Shown: piece by piece, positions 30,373 through 43,658 of the stretch
Layout of the letters: each line of letters begins with the position of its first letter
Position numbering within the stretch: position 1 is the stretch's first letter
From: an uncultured Planctomycetota bacterium
GTDB lineage: Bacteria; Planctomycetota; Planctomycetia; Isosphaerales; Isosphaeraceae
Length of the DNA stretch: 64,000 bases
Assembly: GCA_963845755.1 (NCBI GenBank)
Contig: CAWJTV010000011.1
Span: forward strand, 960,001 to 1,024,000
Reading direction: 5' to 3'
Notes under the pieces: generated by a model
The model's database searches: none
What the model was told of the DNA's origin: nothing
The model's input: the letters and a program-made list of their open reading frames with translations, nothing else
Translations under genes and position numbers: made by a program

Positions 30373-31399
30373 GGTTTTGTCCTTAAGTCCGTGGTCCGTG
30401 GTCCTTGGTTTTCTTCCGCGAGCGTCCCGCGACGTTTCGCAGCGCCTTGCGAATCGTCGGTCAACCCGGCGACTCGGTTCGGGCGATCCGGTCGGCACCG
30501 GCGAATGAGCCATCGAACCGAGGACCAAGGACAATGCCCTCTCGTCAATCGTAAGTACCGCTCGCACAATGGACAAGCACAAAGCCTCGCGAGAACGTTG
30601 GGCGGGACCGGCCAGAATCGGGAGCGTCCTCTCAATAATCCGGGAACACCGCGGGCTCGATGTGGCCACTCTTGAGCGTTGCGTCGCCGGACGGAGCGGG
30701 CTCCTCCATCAATCCGAGCGAGGAGTGAGCACGGCCTCCCGATTCGACGCGATCGCGGAGGGTCGGCTCGGTGCGTTCTGGCCGAGCGGCTTTCCGGATC
30801 GCCGCTCCCGGCGGGCGGGTGGTTCCAGGAGCGTGGCACACCCGTGATTTGGGCGCAGGACCCGGTATTGATGTAACGTCATGAGTTCCAAGAACTTCGG
30901 AGGGCGAACCGGTGATATGAATCGGCACCTTCTGGCAACTTTTGCAGCGGTCCGCAGTCCGTGGTCCTCGGTCAGAAAATGCAGGGAATCAAAGAGAGGA
31001 AGAAGATCCGGCCGCACTCTGAGTCTCGTCTTTTCCGGAACAGGAAACATCGAACGTCGCCTCCTATTTACTAGGATGCCGCAGCTTTGGAAAAACGTTA
31101 ATGCACCTACGGCGAAATCGGCCGATTTTCTCGGCGCAACCCCGCACGAGAATGAGACATAAAAATTTTTGATAAATATTTTTGACTGTTGATTAGGGCC
31201 TGGTTCAAGTCGCTCGAAACTCGGCTAACACTTTTCTCGGTAGGCTGCGGCGCTGCTCCAGTCGCAAATCGTGATCAAGCAAGACTTTACTGCCAGAATG
31301 GCCCCAGGCTTTGCACCGGAAAGGGTTGCCCGGCGTTGAACCAGGCCGGATTACGACCGAAGTCGAACCACGGATAACGGACCAGAACTGGGAGAATCG

Positions 31400-34300
31400 A
31401 TGTCCACGCAACGTGTTGTCGGTCCCGGTGTTGTGGGCGAGTCGCTCCGGACGCTCTTCAGCGTCGGCACGCTGTCGGGCCTGACGGATGGGCAGCTCCT
31501 GGAACGGTTCGCGGCGGTCCGCGGCGGGACGCCGGAATCGGAGGCGGCCTTCACGGCGCTGGTGGAGCGCCATGGGCCGATGGTGCTGTCCGTCTGCCGG
31601 ACGGTCCTGGGCGACCGGCATGATGCGGAGGACGCCTGCCAGGCCACGTTCCTGGTCCTGGCGCAACGAGCTGGGTTGATCCGGCGGAGGGATTCGGTGG
31701 CGAGCTGGCTTTTTGGCGTGGCGCGCCGGGTGGCGCTGCGCGCCCGTCGCCAGGCCGCCCGGCGTCGAGAGCTGGAGCGGCGCCGTCGGGCGCGGGTCGG
31801 GGTTGGCGATCCGGTCTGCTCGCCCCCCGCCGAGCCCTGGCCGGAGCTGTACGAGGAGCTCGACCGGCTCCCCGAGTCGTTCCGCGCGGCGGTCGTGCTC
31901 TGCGACCTGGAGGGGCACTCCTACGAGCAGGCCGCGGGGATTCTCCACTGCCCCGTCGGGACCGTCCAGAGCCGGCTGGCGCGGGGACGGGAACGGCTCC
32001 GGCATCGCCTCGAGCGCCGTGGACTGTCGTCGGCCATCATCCTGGCCGGCTCCGGCGCGGGGCCGATGGCACCATCGGCGACCACAGCCATGTCGCCGCA
32101 ACTCATCAAATCGATCGCACGAACCGCGATGGACACGATGTCCAGGGGAACAATCGCCGGCTTAGCCCACGCGCTGGCCAGTGCCGAGATCCGGAGACAG
32201 ATGATGACCCGAACACTGAACGGCCTGGCGGTACTGGTGCTGACCGGCCTGATCGCGGCCACGACGATCGGACTGGCGCTCGCCGGGCGGGGCGACGATT
32301 CCAATTCCCCGGTGGCCGACGTGAGCCGGAAGCTCGATCACGGGCCGATTCACGTCCGCGTGCTGGATATGGAGGGAGAAGGGGCGCCGGGGGTCGCGGT
32401 CGAAGTCCGCAGAGCGGGGCACCCGCAACGCACTTTCCCGACCGATGCCGAGGGGCGTGGAGTCATCCCGCGATGCCATCGGTGATTCGGCGGTCCTGGT
32501 CGCCCGAGCCGGGCAAGAGGCCCTGGCGTGGGGCATCCTGGGCGATCCCAGCCAGAAGCGGCCCGCCGGCACGAAGGACGATCCGGTCACCATGAAGCTG
32601 CTGCCTTTGACCCATCGAGTCGAAGGCTCCTTCGTGGACCAGAAAGGAATCCCGATTCCCGGGGTCGAGATGACAGTCGAGTGGCTCGATCACCCGACCA
32701 ACGGTTCGGCCGGATTGAACGAACGCGAGGCGACCTTCGATCAGGCTGTCACGGACAAAGCGGGCCGATTCACGGTGATGTTGCCTCAAGGAGCCGGTGG
32801 CATCCTCGGAGCCACGCATTCGCGGTATATCGGCCTGGAGGTCGAGGTCGTGGCGGATGCACGAATCCTCGACCCGATCAGGCTCGAGCCAGGCGGGGCG
32901 ATCGTCGGAAGGGTGATCGACGCATCCACCGGAAAACCGGTCCGTGATGTGACAATCATGGCCCAGCTCATCGAGGATCACATGCGAATGTCCAGGGGCC
33001 GGAAGGGTGTGGGCGTAACCGACGACGAAGGCCGATTCGCCGTTCGCAGCCTGGAGTCGGGCGTCTATAACGTCGTTTTCATGGGCGTGCCCGGCCATGA
33101 CCAGCTCACCGCCCGCGCCGTCGAGGGGCTGCGCGTACGGGCCGGTGCTGAGACGCCAGCCGACCTGACCGTCATCCGTGGCCGGTTGTTGCGCGGGGTC
33201 GTGGTTGACCGCGAGACCGGCCGGCCGGTGCCCGGGACCCCGGTCGGCTGTCACGGCCCGGCGCGACCTCAATCCGGCGAGGCCATCGAATCCAACAAGA
33301 CCGACGACCAGGGACGATTCACGTTCCACGTCCCGCCCGGCGAGCAGTACGTCTACGTTCAGGACAGCAACGTGCTCAGTCGCATGGGGAAACGGCGCCT
33401 GGTCGTCCCCGAGCATGGGGAGGTCGAGCCGATCCGACTCGTGCGAGGCCGCCTGGCATTCAATCCCTTCGGGCCCGCGAGAAAGGCGGCGGTTCCACCG
33501 CCCGTGCCTGTCACGGCGACGGTCCCGGAGGCGGTGAAAGTCGAGGCGAAAGCCGCGAGCCAGCCGGAGGTCCCGGCCGGCCGACCCGCAGAGCCGCCGC
33601 TGCCGGAGCTGGCAAAAGTGCCGGCCCCGATCGTCCGCACCGTGGCCGGACTCGTCCGCGATCCCAAGGGTCGGCCCGTGGCCGGGGTCGCCGTGCAAGC
33701 CAATATTCCCCAACCCAATGCGCCACCCATGTCGATCGAATCCGCGGTCACCGACCGCGCGGGCCGGTTCGTCCTCGACGCGCTGCCGCGCCGGCCGCTT
33801 CAGATCATGCTGACTCGTCCAGGCATTCTGTACCAGGACGAAGCTCTCCCGCCCGACCGCGACCAGGTTGAGCTCACCGCCCTCCTCAAGCCCGACCCGC
33901 GCGACGATAACCCGCCGGGTCCCCGGTACGATGAGCCGATCCCGCCCGGTCTCCGCGAACGGTTGACCTTCGTCGATCTGGACTCGCGAGGCAGCGATTT
34001 CCTGGCCGACGGTCCTAGCTACGGCGGCGATGACCTGAACCGCCTGCCGCGCGGAATCCATAAGCTGGCCGATACCTATTTCCGCATCGGCGAGAAGATG
34101 GTCCACGTCCAGGGCCGGTCACGGCCCGACCTGCCCGAGTCCGTCCGGGGGATCCCGGTCCAGGCCCGGGGCGATCAACTTCACTTCCTGCACTCGACCC
34201 AGGGCGGCGACCCGGAGGACACCGAGATCGGCGCCTATGTGATCCACTATTCCGACGGGTCCACCGAACGCATCCCGCTGGTCTATTCCCGAGAGATCAC

Positions 34301-34529
34301 CAACTGGTGGCACCGGGACCCGGGCCGAAAACTGACCGGGGCCAAGGTCGCCTGGACCGGCTTGAATGACGCGGTCGCCATCCACGTCCGTCCCGGTCTG
34401 TTCGTCCGCTTGTTTACCATCACCTGGACGAACCCCCACCCGGAGAAAACCATTGCCGCGCTCGACGTCCTGTCGGCCGGCAAGGACTGCGACCCGTTCC
34501 TGGTGGCACTGACGCTGTCGCGCTGGTAG
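31400..34529 (+). CDS. ECF sigma-70 factor with TM and long C-terminal extension (frameshift near 32470)
   Basis: GLTDGQLLERF...AFTALVERHGPMVL...DACQATFL; LYEELDRLPE...VQSRLARGR; carboxypeptidase-regulatory-like repeats. Confidence 0.85.
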
Positions 34530-34600
34530 ACATTGCGTAAACGCAAAATCTTTCACCGACGAGGACCAAAGGGTTGCACTCGACCGCCGCTCGGTCCATC

Positions 34601-34794
34601 CTAGAGCGCTTATCAGTTGCGTTGCGCACGCCCAGAGCGATGCGAATCCACCCCCCGGAACCCCCCCTTCGCAAGGGGGGGACAGGAAATGGGCCACTCC
34701 TCCTCAATGGTCCCCCCCTTGCGAAGGGGGGGTTCCGGGGGGATCTTTGGGAACCGGCTTCGCCTGTGTGCAACCCAACCGTGAAGCGCTCTAG
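34601..34794. mobile_element. MITE (194 bp), CTAGAGCG...CGCTCTAG ends, with a pair of internal palindromes
   Basis: about 25-bp imperfect TIRs (21/25); two internal C-run-TT(C)GC(G)AA-G-run palindromes in inverted arrangement; homologous copy at 45422-47206. Confidence 0.8.
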
Positions 34795-34861
34795 GAGAGG
34801 GTCGTTCGAAGCGTGCGACGGACGACCATTGTATACTGCATCCTGCCTGGGAGGGACACAC

Positions 34862-36241
<1,380 letters not shown>

Positions 36242-36587
36242 AGCGGCTCACGCTTGGGTCGCGCACGGGGCCGTAGGGTGCCCTGTACGACTCAGTTCGA
36301 GTATCTTGTACGCCGTGCACGATTTCATAACGTCTCGACGTACAAGATGTTGGATTGGCAGAAGGGATCGAAGGATTCTTCTCTGTGCCCTCTGTGAGTA
36401 AGCGTTCACGGGTCAAGGGTGACAAACGTATAGAAGGGGCCGGAATCCAAACCGGGCCATGCGGTATCGGGAGCTTCGCTCCAGATGGCTTCGGTGTCGT
36501 CGGACCGAAGAGCACAAGTCGGGGCGTGCGGTGCCAAGATCGGTTTCTACTCAGGATTGCCAGTGATGGCGGTCCAGCATAACTAGC

Positions 36588-39500
36588 CTACTTCGCCTTC
36601 GACTGTGTTCGCAGCCTCTCAAGAATCGCCACAAATCGTGGATCGCCGCGAAGAGCGTCGATGTCGGGATCGGTTTCGAGCTGGTAATGGTCGTCGAAGC
36701 CGGAAGCGATCGCCAGATCCAGTGCCTCGAACGAGCGATCGATGAGCTTCTTGCGCTCCGCGAGCCGTTCGGGCGACCACATAGCGACCGGGTGATCTCG
36801 GTCGAGGCTGTCGGCGGCGATGGCCAGCGCGAAGGCGCTCTGCAACCGGAACATCGCCGCGGACCGGCTCCTGCTGTTCTGGGCCGCGGCAACCTTGAGC
36901 AGGTTCTCCGCCTTGGTGCGCGCTTCTTGGGTTTTCCCGCAACGGGCCAGGGCGAGCATCCATTCGATCGCGGCTTCGAGGTCTCTGGGTTTGGTGTGCG
37001 AGTATTGCTCGCGGATCGCCAGACACTCGTCGTACAGCGTCTGCGACTCGGATCGGTTGCCCAGCTTCAGGGCGGCCGTGGCCGACTTGTACAGAAACTG
37101 AGAAAGCCTTCTCTTAATAGCGAGCAGTTCCTCGGCGTGCGCTCAGCTCACGTGTCAGGGCGAGTGATTCGTCGTACGTTTTCTTGGCCTCATTGGGCTG
37201 TCCCAGGAAGAAATGCGCATCGCCCAGGGCATCCAGGATGAACGCCAGATTCTGCTTGTAAGACTGGTTTCTCGGCTCGAGACCGAGGATCTCGCGACGC
37301 ATGCCGGCCGCTTTCTCGAAATGCTCGAGCGCGAGCCGTTCTGCCTTGTTGTGTTGATGAAGGGTCGCCATCCGACGGTGGATCTCGGCCACTGCGGTGA
37401 GATTCTCCTCATCGCGGCGCGAAGCCATGACTTCCGCGTACAAGGCGAGGGAGCGGTTGAACAGCGCCATCGCCTCCGCGGGCTTTCCCAACTGGTAAGT
37501 GACCCAGCCCAACTCATCGAGCGACCTCGCGACGAATCCCTTCCGCGCGGTTTCCGTGTACTCGTTCGTGCGCGGAGATCGGAGCACACGTTCGGCAATC
37601 GCGAGCGACCTCGAAAAGCCCTGAAACGCCCTGGCGTAATCTCGGTTCGACATCTCGAACTCGGCGAGGTTCGCGAGAGCCACCGAGAGATTCATGGCAG
37701 CGAGGTCGAAGTCCCGTGCCTCGTTCTTGTCGATCTCTTCGGCCACGGCGATCGCCTGGGCATATCGTTCCCGAACCATCTCGACATCCGCATCGGGGCG
37801 CGAACGCAGGCTATCCGCCTCGTGTAACATCAGCGTCAACTTCGCCCGCTGGTTGATCCCGTCCGAGTCGGCCCGGGAAATCTTGTCCACGAATCTCATG
37901 ATCTGACGGCCAAATTCATCCTGGACGGTCTTCGTGTAGATCGAGCTATCGAGCGTATGACGGAGATCCGTCACGGCGAAGGTGATGGTCGTTCGATAGC
38001 GATCGTACTCCCGCTTCTCACCTTCACGTGCCTTGGCCTCGGCGACACGCGCCGCTTCCGCCTCCTTCCGGCGGCTCTCAGTCCGGATCATGCCTGATGT
38101 CGTCCCCGCGATGCCGGCCAGCAAGCTCAGCAGGACCACGGTGGCGGAAATCACCGCGCCTCGGTGCTTGCGGACAAACTTCCTCATCCGGTAGGTGCGG
38201 CTCGGCGGCGCGGCCGCGACCGGCTCGTGCGCCAGATGCCGCATCACGTCCGCGGCGAACCCGTTGGCCGTCTCGTAGCGGCGCGTGCGGTCCTTCTCCA
38301 GCGCCTTCATCACGATCCAGTCGAGGTCCCCCCGCAAAGCCCGTTTCAGTTGCTCTGGCTCGATGTTGCGGCTGGCGGCGATGCTCGGCAGGGTCTCCGC
38401 CGTGCTGATCTTCGTGCTCGGTTTGGGCGGGTCGACCTCCCGCACCATCCGGAGCATCTCCAGGATAGCCCCGCGCTTGAACTGCTTCGCGTCGATCGGC
38501 GGCGAACCGACCAGCATCTCATAGAGGATCACGCCCAGCGCATAGACGTCGGTCCGGGTGTCGATGTCCATGGACGAGGGATCGGCCTGCTCGGGCGACA
38601 TGTACGTCGGGGTGCCGACGATTGCACCGGTGTCGCCAATGCTCAGGTCGGTGAGGTCAAACTCCGTCGCCTTGGCGACGCCGAAGTCGATGACCTTTGG
38701 GGTAGGCCGGCCGTCAACCTCGGTGACCAGGACGTTGCTCGGCTTCAGGTCTCGGTGAATAATCCCCTTCTGGTGGGCGTGTTGCACGGCCTGACAGACC
38801 GCGACGAACAGCTCCAGCCGAGCCTGCACCGTAAGCCGCCTCTCGTCGCAGTACGCCGTGATGGGAACGCCCTGGACAAGCTCCATCACGAAGAAGGGCT
38901 GATTGGACTGCGTGGTGCCGCCGTCGAAGACGCGGGCGATGTTGGGGTGATCCATCAGGGCCAGAGCTTGACGCTCGGCGTCGAACCGGCCGAGCACAGC
39001 CCGAGAATCCATACCGATCTTGATCAGCTTGAGAGCAACCTGGCGCTTGACAGGCTCGGTCTGATCGGCGCGGTAGACGGTGCCCATCCCGCCTTCGCCG
39101 AGGACGTCTCGGAGCGTGTAACGACCCGCGATGACCCGATCCGCGATGAAGCCGCCGCGCTGGGTGTCGTGAACGATGCTCGATGGCACGTCGATCGTGG
39201 CGTCCTGTCCGGAGACGTCGGTCGCTTCCGCGCTTGTGGCCTCGTCGATCGTGCCGCTTTGTCTGTAGACGCCAGTGGCTTCGGCCGTCCCGACATCGGC
39301 GACCGAGGCCGGCGCCTGGGACCCTGGCCGCGTTTCGCATGCCGGGGTCTGGGTCGCCGGGAGGGTTTCGGCCGAGGTGGGTTCCCACATGCCGGTGGCC
39401 TCGGCGTTCGGGACGGGGCCGGCCTGGTCCTGGACGGCGAGCGGCGCCTCGACGCGGGCGCCTGGCTGGACCGGCTCGACCTCGACCAGGGTCGGGAACG

Positions 39501-39645
39501 TCTCGCGGATCTTGTCGGCCATCTCCGGCAGGCGGTCGACGTACTCCTGCAGGTCCGGCCGCTCGCCCCGGCGATAGCGCTCGGCGAACTCCTTGGCCAG
39601 CTCGTCGAAGCGGCCATGATCGTGGGAACCGGATGATGTGGACAT
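36588..39645 (-). CDS. Hanks-type Ser/Thr kinase with TM and TPR repeats (frameshift near 37140)
   Basis: LGEGGMGTVY, VALK, HRDLKPSN, DFG, GTPTYMSPEQ, DVYALG; tail DPDIDALR. Confidence 0.9.
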
Positions 39646-39647
39646 TG

Positions 39648-40235
39648 TCAGAGATCCTCCCAGCCGCCGGCATCATCGCCAGCGGGTCCTTGACCCGCTT
39701 CAGGGCGCGGAAGTATCGCTTCGCCCCGGCTTCCTGCGTGATCCCGAGCACCTGCGCCGCCTCGGTGCGGGCCGAGTTGCTCGAAGTGTCTCAATGCTAC
39801 CACCTCGCGGACGATGGGGTCGAGGCTCTGCAGCGACTCCCGGGATTGCAGCATCCGCTCGGCGCGGTGGGCTGCCTGGGTCGGCGAGGTGTGCCCACCC
39901 AGGAGTGTCGGAGCCAGCGCAGTCGAGCTGGCCCGGGGTAGGGCGACCTGGTTTAGCGAGATCTCCAGCCCCGCGTACCGCAATCTCGTGCCGAGGTGCT
40001 GGCGGTGCAAGGTCGTCAACCGCCGGCCGACGTGGACGCGCAGCCAGTGCAGCGGTGGGAGCTTCGGGTCGGCCAGGTAGGCGTCGAGGTCGCCGGCGAC
40101 GTCGAGCCAGCCTCGGAGCCGAGGATCCCGGCGCAGCTCCACTTTCGCCGGAGCCGGTCGCGATACTGGTCGAACAGCGCCGCCGGCGCCCGACGGTCGC
40201 CGCCGCGGAGCGTCTTGTCGATGAGGTCCCCCATA
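39648..40235 (-). pseudogene. planctomycete-type ECF sigma factor paired with the kinase, degraded
   Basis: ALFDQYRDRLRR, LHRQHLGT, TSPTQAA, REVVALRHFEQL, KRYFRALKR spread over three frames; part of sigma2 appears deleted. Confidence 0.7.
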
Positions 40236-40648
40236 CCTCTTATCCGCGCCGGACAGGAACCGGGACCGGAAAACCGGAATTGAGATCGGCGGACGCTCTC
40301 GGGTTCTCGGAGGGCCCTCTCGGCATCATGCATGGAGTTCAATGTGGTGACGTCGAGACCGACAGTACAGTACAGCGTGACGCAGCTCGTTGCATCGCAG
40401 CGGCAGGCGGTCTGGCTTGGGCACCGGATGCACGCAGGTCGCGGTCGCGCGGAGAAGCGTGCAGGACGGGGCTTACAATCGTCCTAGCGGGTCGAGTTGC
40501 GCGTCGGTCGGATCGACGAATGGCACTAGCTTAAGCGTAACTCATTTTCAGAAAGAAAGTTGTATCGTGATGGTTTTCCCGTCGATGGTGCTCAGGATGT
40601 TATGAGGCTGGGTCCATGTGGCTTGATTTGAGGCTATATTCTCTATCA

Positions 40649-40843
40649 GTACGCGTTCACACCTCGGTCAACAATTGTCCGAGATTATCACTCGTTCCCA
40701 CGCTCGGCGTGGGAACGAGTCATCGCGTTCTGACGGGGTAATCGGCGGTTTCGATGCCGAATGTCACATAATCTGACATTGATATTTTCTGATGCCTGAA
40801 AACCAGACATCTTACAACTGTCAACCAGGGTGTGAACGGGTAC
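40649..40843. mobile_element. MITE (195 bp) with IS66-like GTAC..GTTCAC ends and an internal REP-like hairpin
   Basis: 30-bp imperfect TIRs (24/30) at 40649-40678 and 40814-40843; perfect 14-bp stem ACTCGTTCCCACGC/GCGTGGGAACGAGT at 40690-40720. Confidence 0.7.
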
Positions 40844-41344
40844 GATCGCCTGGATCAGATTCGTCACATCGAAACTGAACGGGCTGGCTTCCGTGCCAGG
40901 AAATCCGTCCGGGAGATCGCCGGTGCTGCCGAGGAAGGTCGTCTTCTTGAGGAAGTCGCCCAGCCCAACGATCCCGTCGCTGTCGGGATAGCCGTTGACG
41001 CTCACGCGGCCCGGACCGGCGAGGGTCTGCGCTCCCGCGATATCCAGGAAGAGCGTCGCGGATTGGACCGTGGCGCCGTGGGGGAGCGTCGTGATCGAGG
41101 CAATGTCGAATTCGATGTCCGAATCCACCGACAACTGGTCAGCACCGTCCACCACGACGGGAAGCAGTTGCAGCGAGTGGTCCAGGATCGGAGGAGAGTT
41201 CCCAACAATCGTCCTCGTCCCCTCATCGGACGGGCCGATGATGAGAGAATCCGCGAGGCCCGGGACGGCCGTGACGGAGACCGCCAGGGCCGCCCAGAAT
41301 ATCATCGCTGTGCGCCGTCGATTGCGCCGTTGCATCATCACCAT
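40844..41344 (-). pseudogene. secreted protein (PEP-CTERM-like style), 3'-truncated at the MITE
   Basis: signal peptide ...AVPGLA; IEFDIAS...VQSATLFL...FDVTNLIQ, then the reading runs into the TIR. Confidence 0.55.
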
Positions 41345-42018
41345 CTTGAACTCCTGATCTAGGGTGCGAGTGCCGCGCCGAGCGGATTCCCTGTCCTCCC
41401 GGGGCGGGTCAAATGTACTGAAGTCCCATGCCAAAACCTTGAGGTAACGGCCTCCTGAGCGATCGACGAGGCCCTGAGGGATGAGTCGGTCCCGGAACGA
41501 TTGCGCTCGAGGCCGCGTCCGCTCGCCCGAGCGGAACCAGGGGCCCTCGCTACGAAGTACACCCGCGCGGCCGAGTTGGATCGGGCCGGCGAGGAAATGC
41601 AGGCGACGCGAGGGATCCGCCCGCCCGAGACCGGGGGTGCTGCGGGCGCAAGATGCCCGGGTCGATCAGGCTCCTCCTCACACGATCTCCAGAGAGGTGC
41701 TCGGCCGCGGACCTATGGCTTTTCCGCCCCGGATTCATCCGGCGCGGCGATCCCGGTGTATCGCAGGGGAGGGACGAGCTGCCTCGCGGTCGTCGGGCTC
41801 GACACAGTGAGCGCGGGCCGCAGAGCCGTCCCTGCGTGTTGGTTGTTACCCACCCTACCATGGACGCATCAGCCTCTCCCGGCCCGAACGGCCGGGGCAC
41901 CCGCACCATCGCTCCGCCCCCGGCGCTCCGCGCGCGGGGATGGAGCCCACACGCGGACCGGCGGCCGCGCCGCCGTCGCCCTCGAGAGGCCTGAGCCGCC
42001 AAACCGGAGCACCAAGTG

Positions 42019-43203
42019 ATGAAATCCCGACGTATCGCATCCTCGGCCATCCTCGGCTCGGCCGTCGCCGGGCTCGCCCTGCTGACGCTGGGCGGCGGCC
42101 GGGGGCCCCAATTCGGCGACCCCCTGCCTGGGCTCACCGCCGACCAATTGGCCCGCTTCCAGACGGGCAAGGCCGTCTTCGAGCAAGAGTTTGATCCGCT
42201 GGGCGGTCTGGGGCCCGTATTCAACAATACGGCCTGCGCCAAGTGCCACGACCAAGGCGCCATCGGCGGCGGCAGCGACACGCTCGAGACCCGCTACGGC
42301 CAGGTGATCAACGGCGTATTCAACCCGCTCACCCAGTTCGACGGCCAGTTGCTCCATTCCATGGGGATCGGCCTGTTCAACGGCGTCAACTTCGTCGGCG
42401 AGGTCGTGCCGCCGGTGGCCAACGTCGTGGCCCACCGCCGCACCACTCCGCTGTTCGGCCTCGGCCTGGTCAACGCCGTGCCCGACCAGTTCCTCATGGA
42501 TCTCGCCCAGCTCGAGCAGGACTTCACACCGGAGACGGCCGGCCGGGCCCTTGTCCTGACCGATGTCTTCAGCGGCCAGCCGCGAGTCGGCCGGTTCGGA
42601 TGGAAGTGCCAGATCGGCACGGTCCTCACCTTCAGCGGCAATGCCTTCCTCAACGAGATGGGCATTACGACCCCATTTTTCCCGCACGAGAACCCCCCGG
42701 GAGGAGACGTCGCCCTGCTCGCCGCGAATCCGGCCCTGACCAACCCCAACGACACCACCGAGACGGTGATGCAGCTCGCCGACCATACGACGTTCCTGGC
42801 GCCCCCGCCCCGGCTTCCCTTTTCGCCCAAAGCGACGCTCGGTGAAGCGGTATTCCTGGGGATCGGCTGCGCCAACTGCCATCTTCCCGCCATGCGGACC
42901 GGGCCCAATGAGGTTGCGGCGCTGGACGAAGTTGTCTTCTTTCCGTACTCCGATTTCCTGGTGCACGACATGGGTGCCCTCAACGACGGGATCGCGCAAC
43001 CGCCCGCCACGGGCCAGGAGATGCGGACGGCCCCACTGTGGGGCGCCCGGATCCGGACGAGTTTCCTTCACGATGGCCGCGCCAAGACAATCCGAGATGC
43101 GATCTTGGCTCACGACGGCCAGAGCCTGGCGGCCCGCAATCGCTTCGCCGCGCTGCCGAGACGACAGCAGGCGCAACTCCTGGAATTCATCAACAGCCTG
43201 TAG
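42019..43203 (+). CDS. di-heme oxidoreductase family (DUF1111-like), secreted
   Basis: GLGPVFN..ACAKCH, RTTPLFGLGL, GRFGWK, NEMGIT, GCANCH, SDFLVHDMG, RTAPLWG, LHDGRA. Confidence 0.88.
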   Translation: MKSRRIASSAILGSAVAGLALLTLGGGRGPQFGDPLPGLTADQLARFQTGKAVFEQEFDPLGGLGPVFNNTACAKCHDQGAIGGGSDTLETRYGQVINGVFNPLTQFDGQLLHSMGIGLFNGVNFVGEVVPPVANVVAHRRTTPLFGLGLVNAVPDQFLMDLAQLEQDFTPETAGRALVLTDVFSGQPRVGRFGWKCQIGTVLTFSGNAFLNEMGITTPFFPHENPPGGDVALLAANPALTNPNDTTETVMQLADHTTFLAPPPRLPFSPKATLGEAVFLGIGCANCHLPAMRTGPNEVAALDEVVFFPYSDFLVHDMGALNDGIAQPPATGQEMRTAPLWGARIRTSFLHDGRAKTIRDAILAHDGQSLAARNRFAALPRRQQAQLLEFINSL

Positions 43204-43379
43204 GTCGCGATGACCCCGGCTCGACCGGCTCGGGAACCGAGACCCGACGCTGGAGATCGGTCAGGGATTCGAGGGCCCACGTAACCGAGGCCCGCGCGCG
43301 CGCCACTATATAGAGTACGCGGGGAGATGCGAGGGGGGCTGTAGGCTGACGGATGCGTCGGCCTCGGTACCCCCGTTCT

Positions 43380-43567
43380 CCAAGAGATCCTTCCACTTGC
43401 TCGACGGCCGCTTCGGTCTCACCGATGAGAGGCGGACCCTCCTGCAGCTCGGTCGGGAGCTGGGCATCAGCAAGGAGCGCGTCCGTCAGATCGAGACCCG
43501 GGCCTTGCGCAAACTCTGGGACACCGACGAGGCGCGGAGGCTGGCCCGGGCGGCTTGGAGTACGTGA
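43380..43567 (+). pseudogene. orphan sigma-70 region 4 fragment
   Basis: GRELGISKERVRQIETRALRKL with no upstream sigma body. Confidence 0.6.
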
Positions 43568-43658
43568 GTGATTCGCACCGGCGTGCGATCGGATCGGGGA
43601 CGGGACAGTCAAGGGACCGCGCCGTGTCGAACCCGGTCGGTTCGTGGGGGAGAAGACG

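Noticed and set aside
30373..31399. 1-kb intergenic region as a riboswitch or ncRNA
   Set aside because: No recognisable conserved RNA motif by eye; an Rfam/Infernal search is needed.
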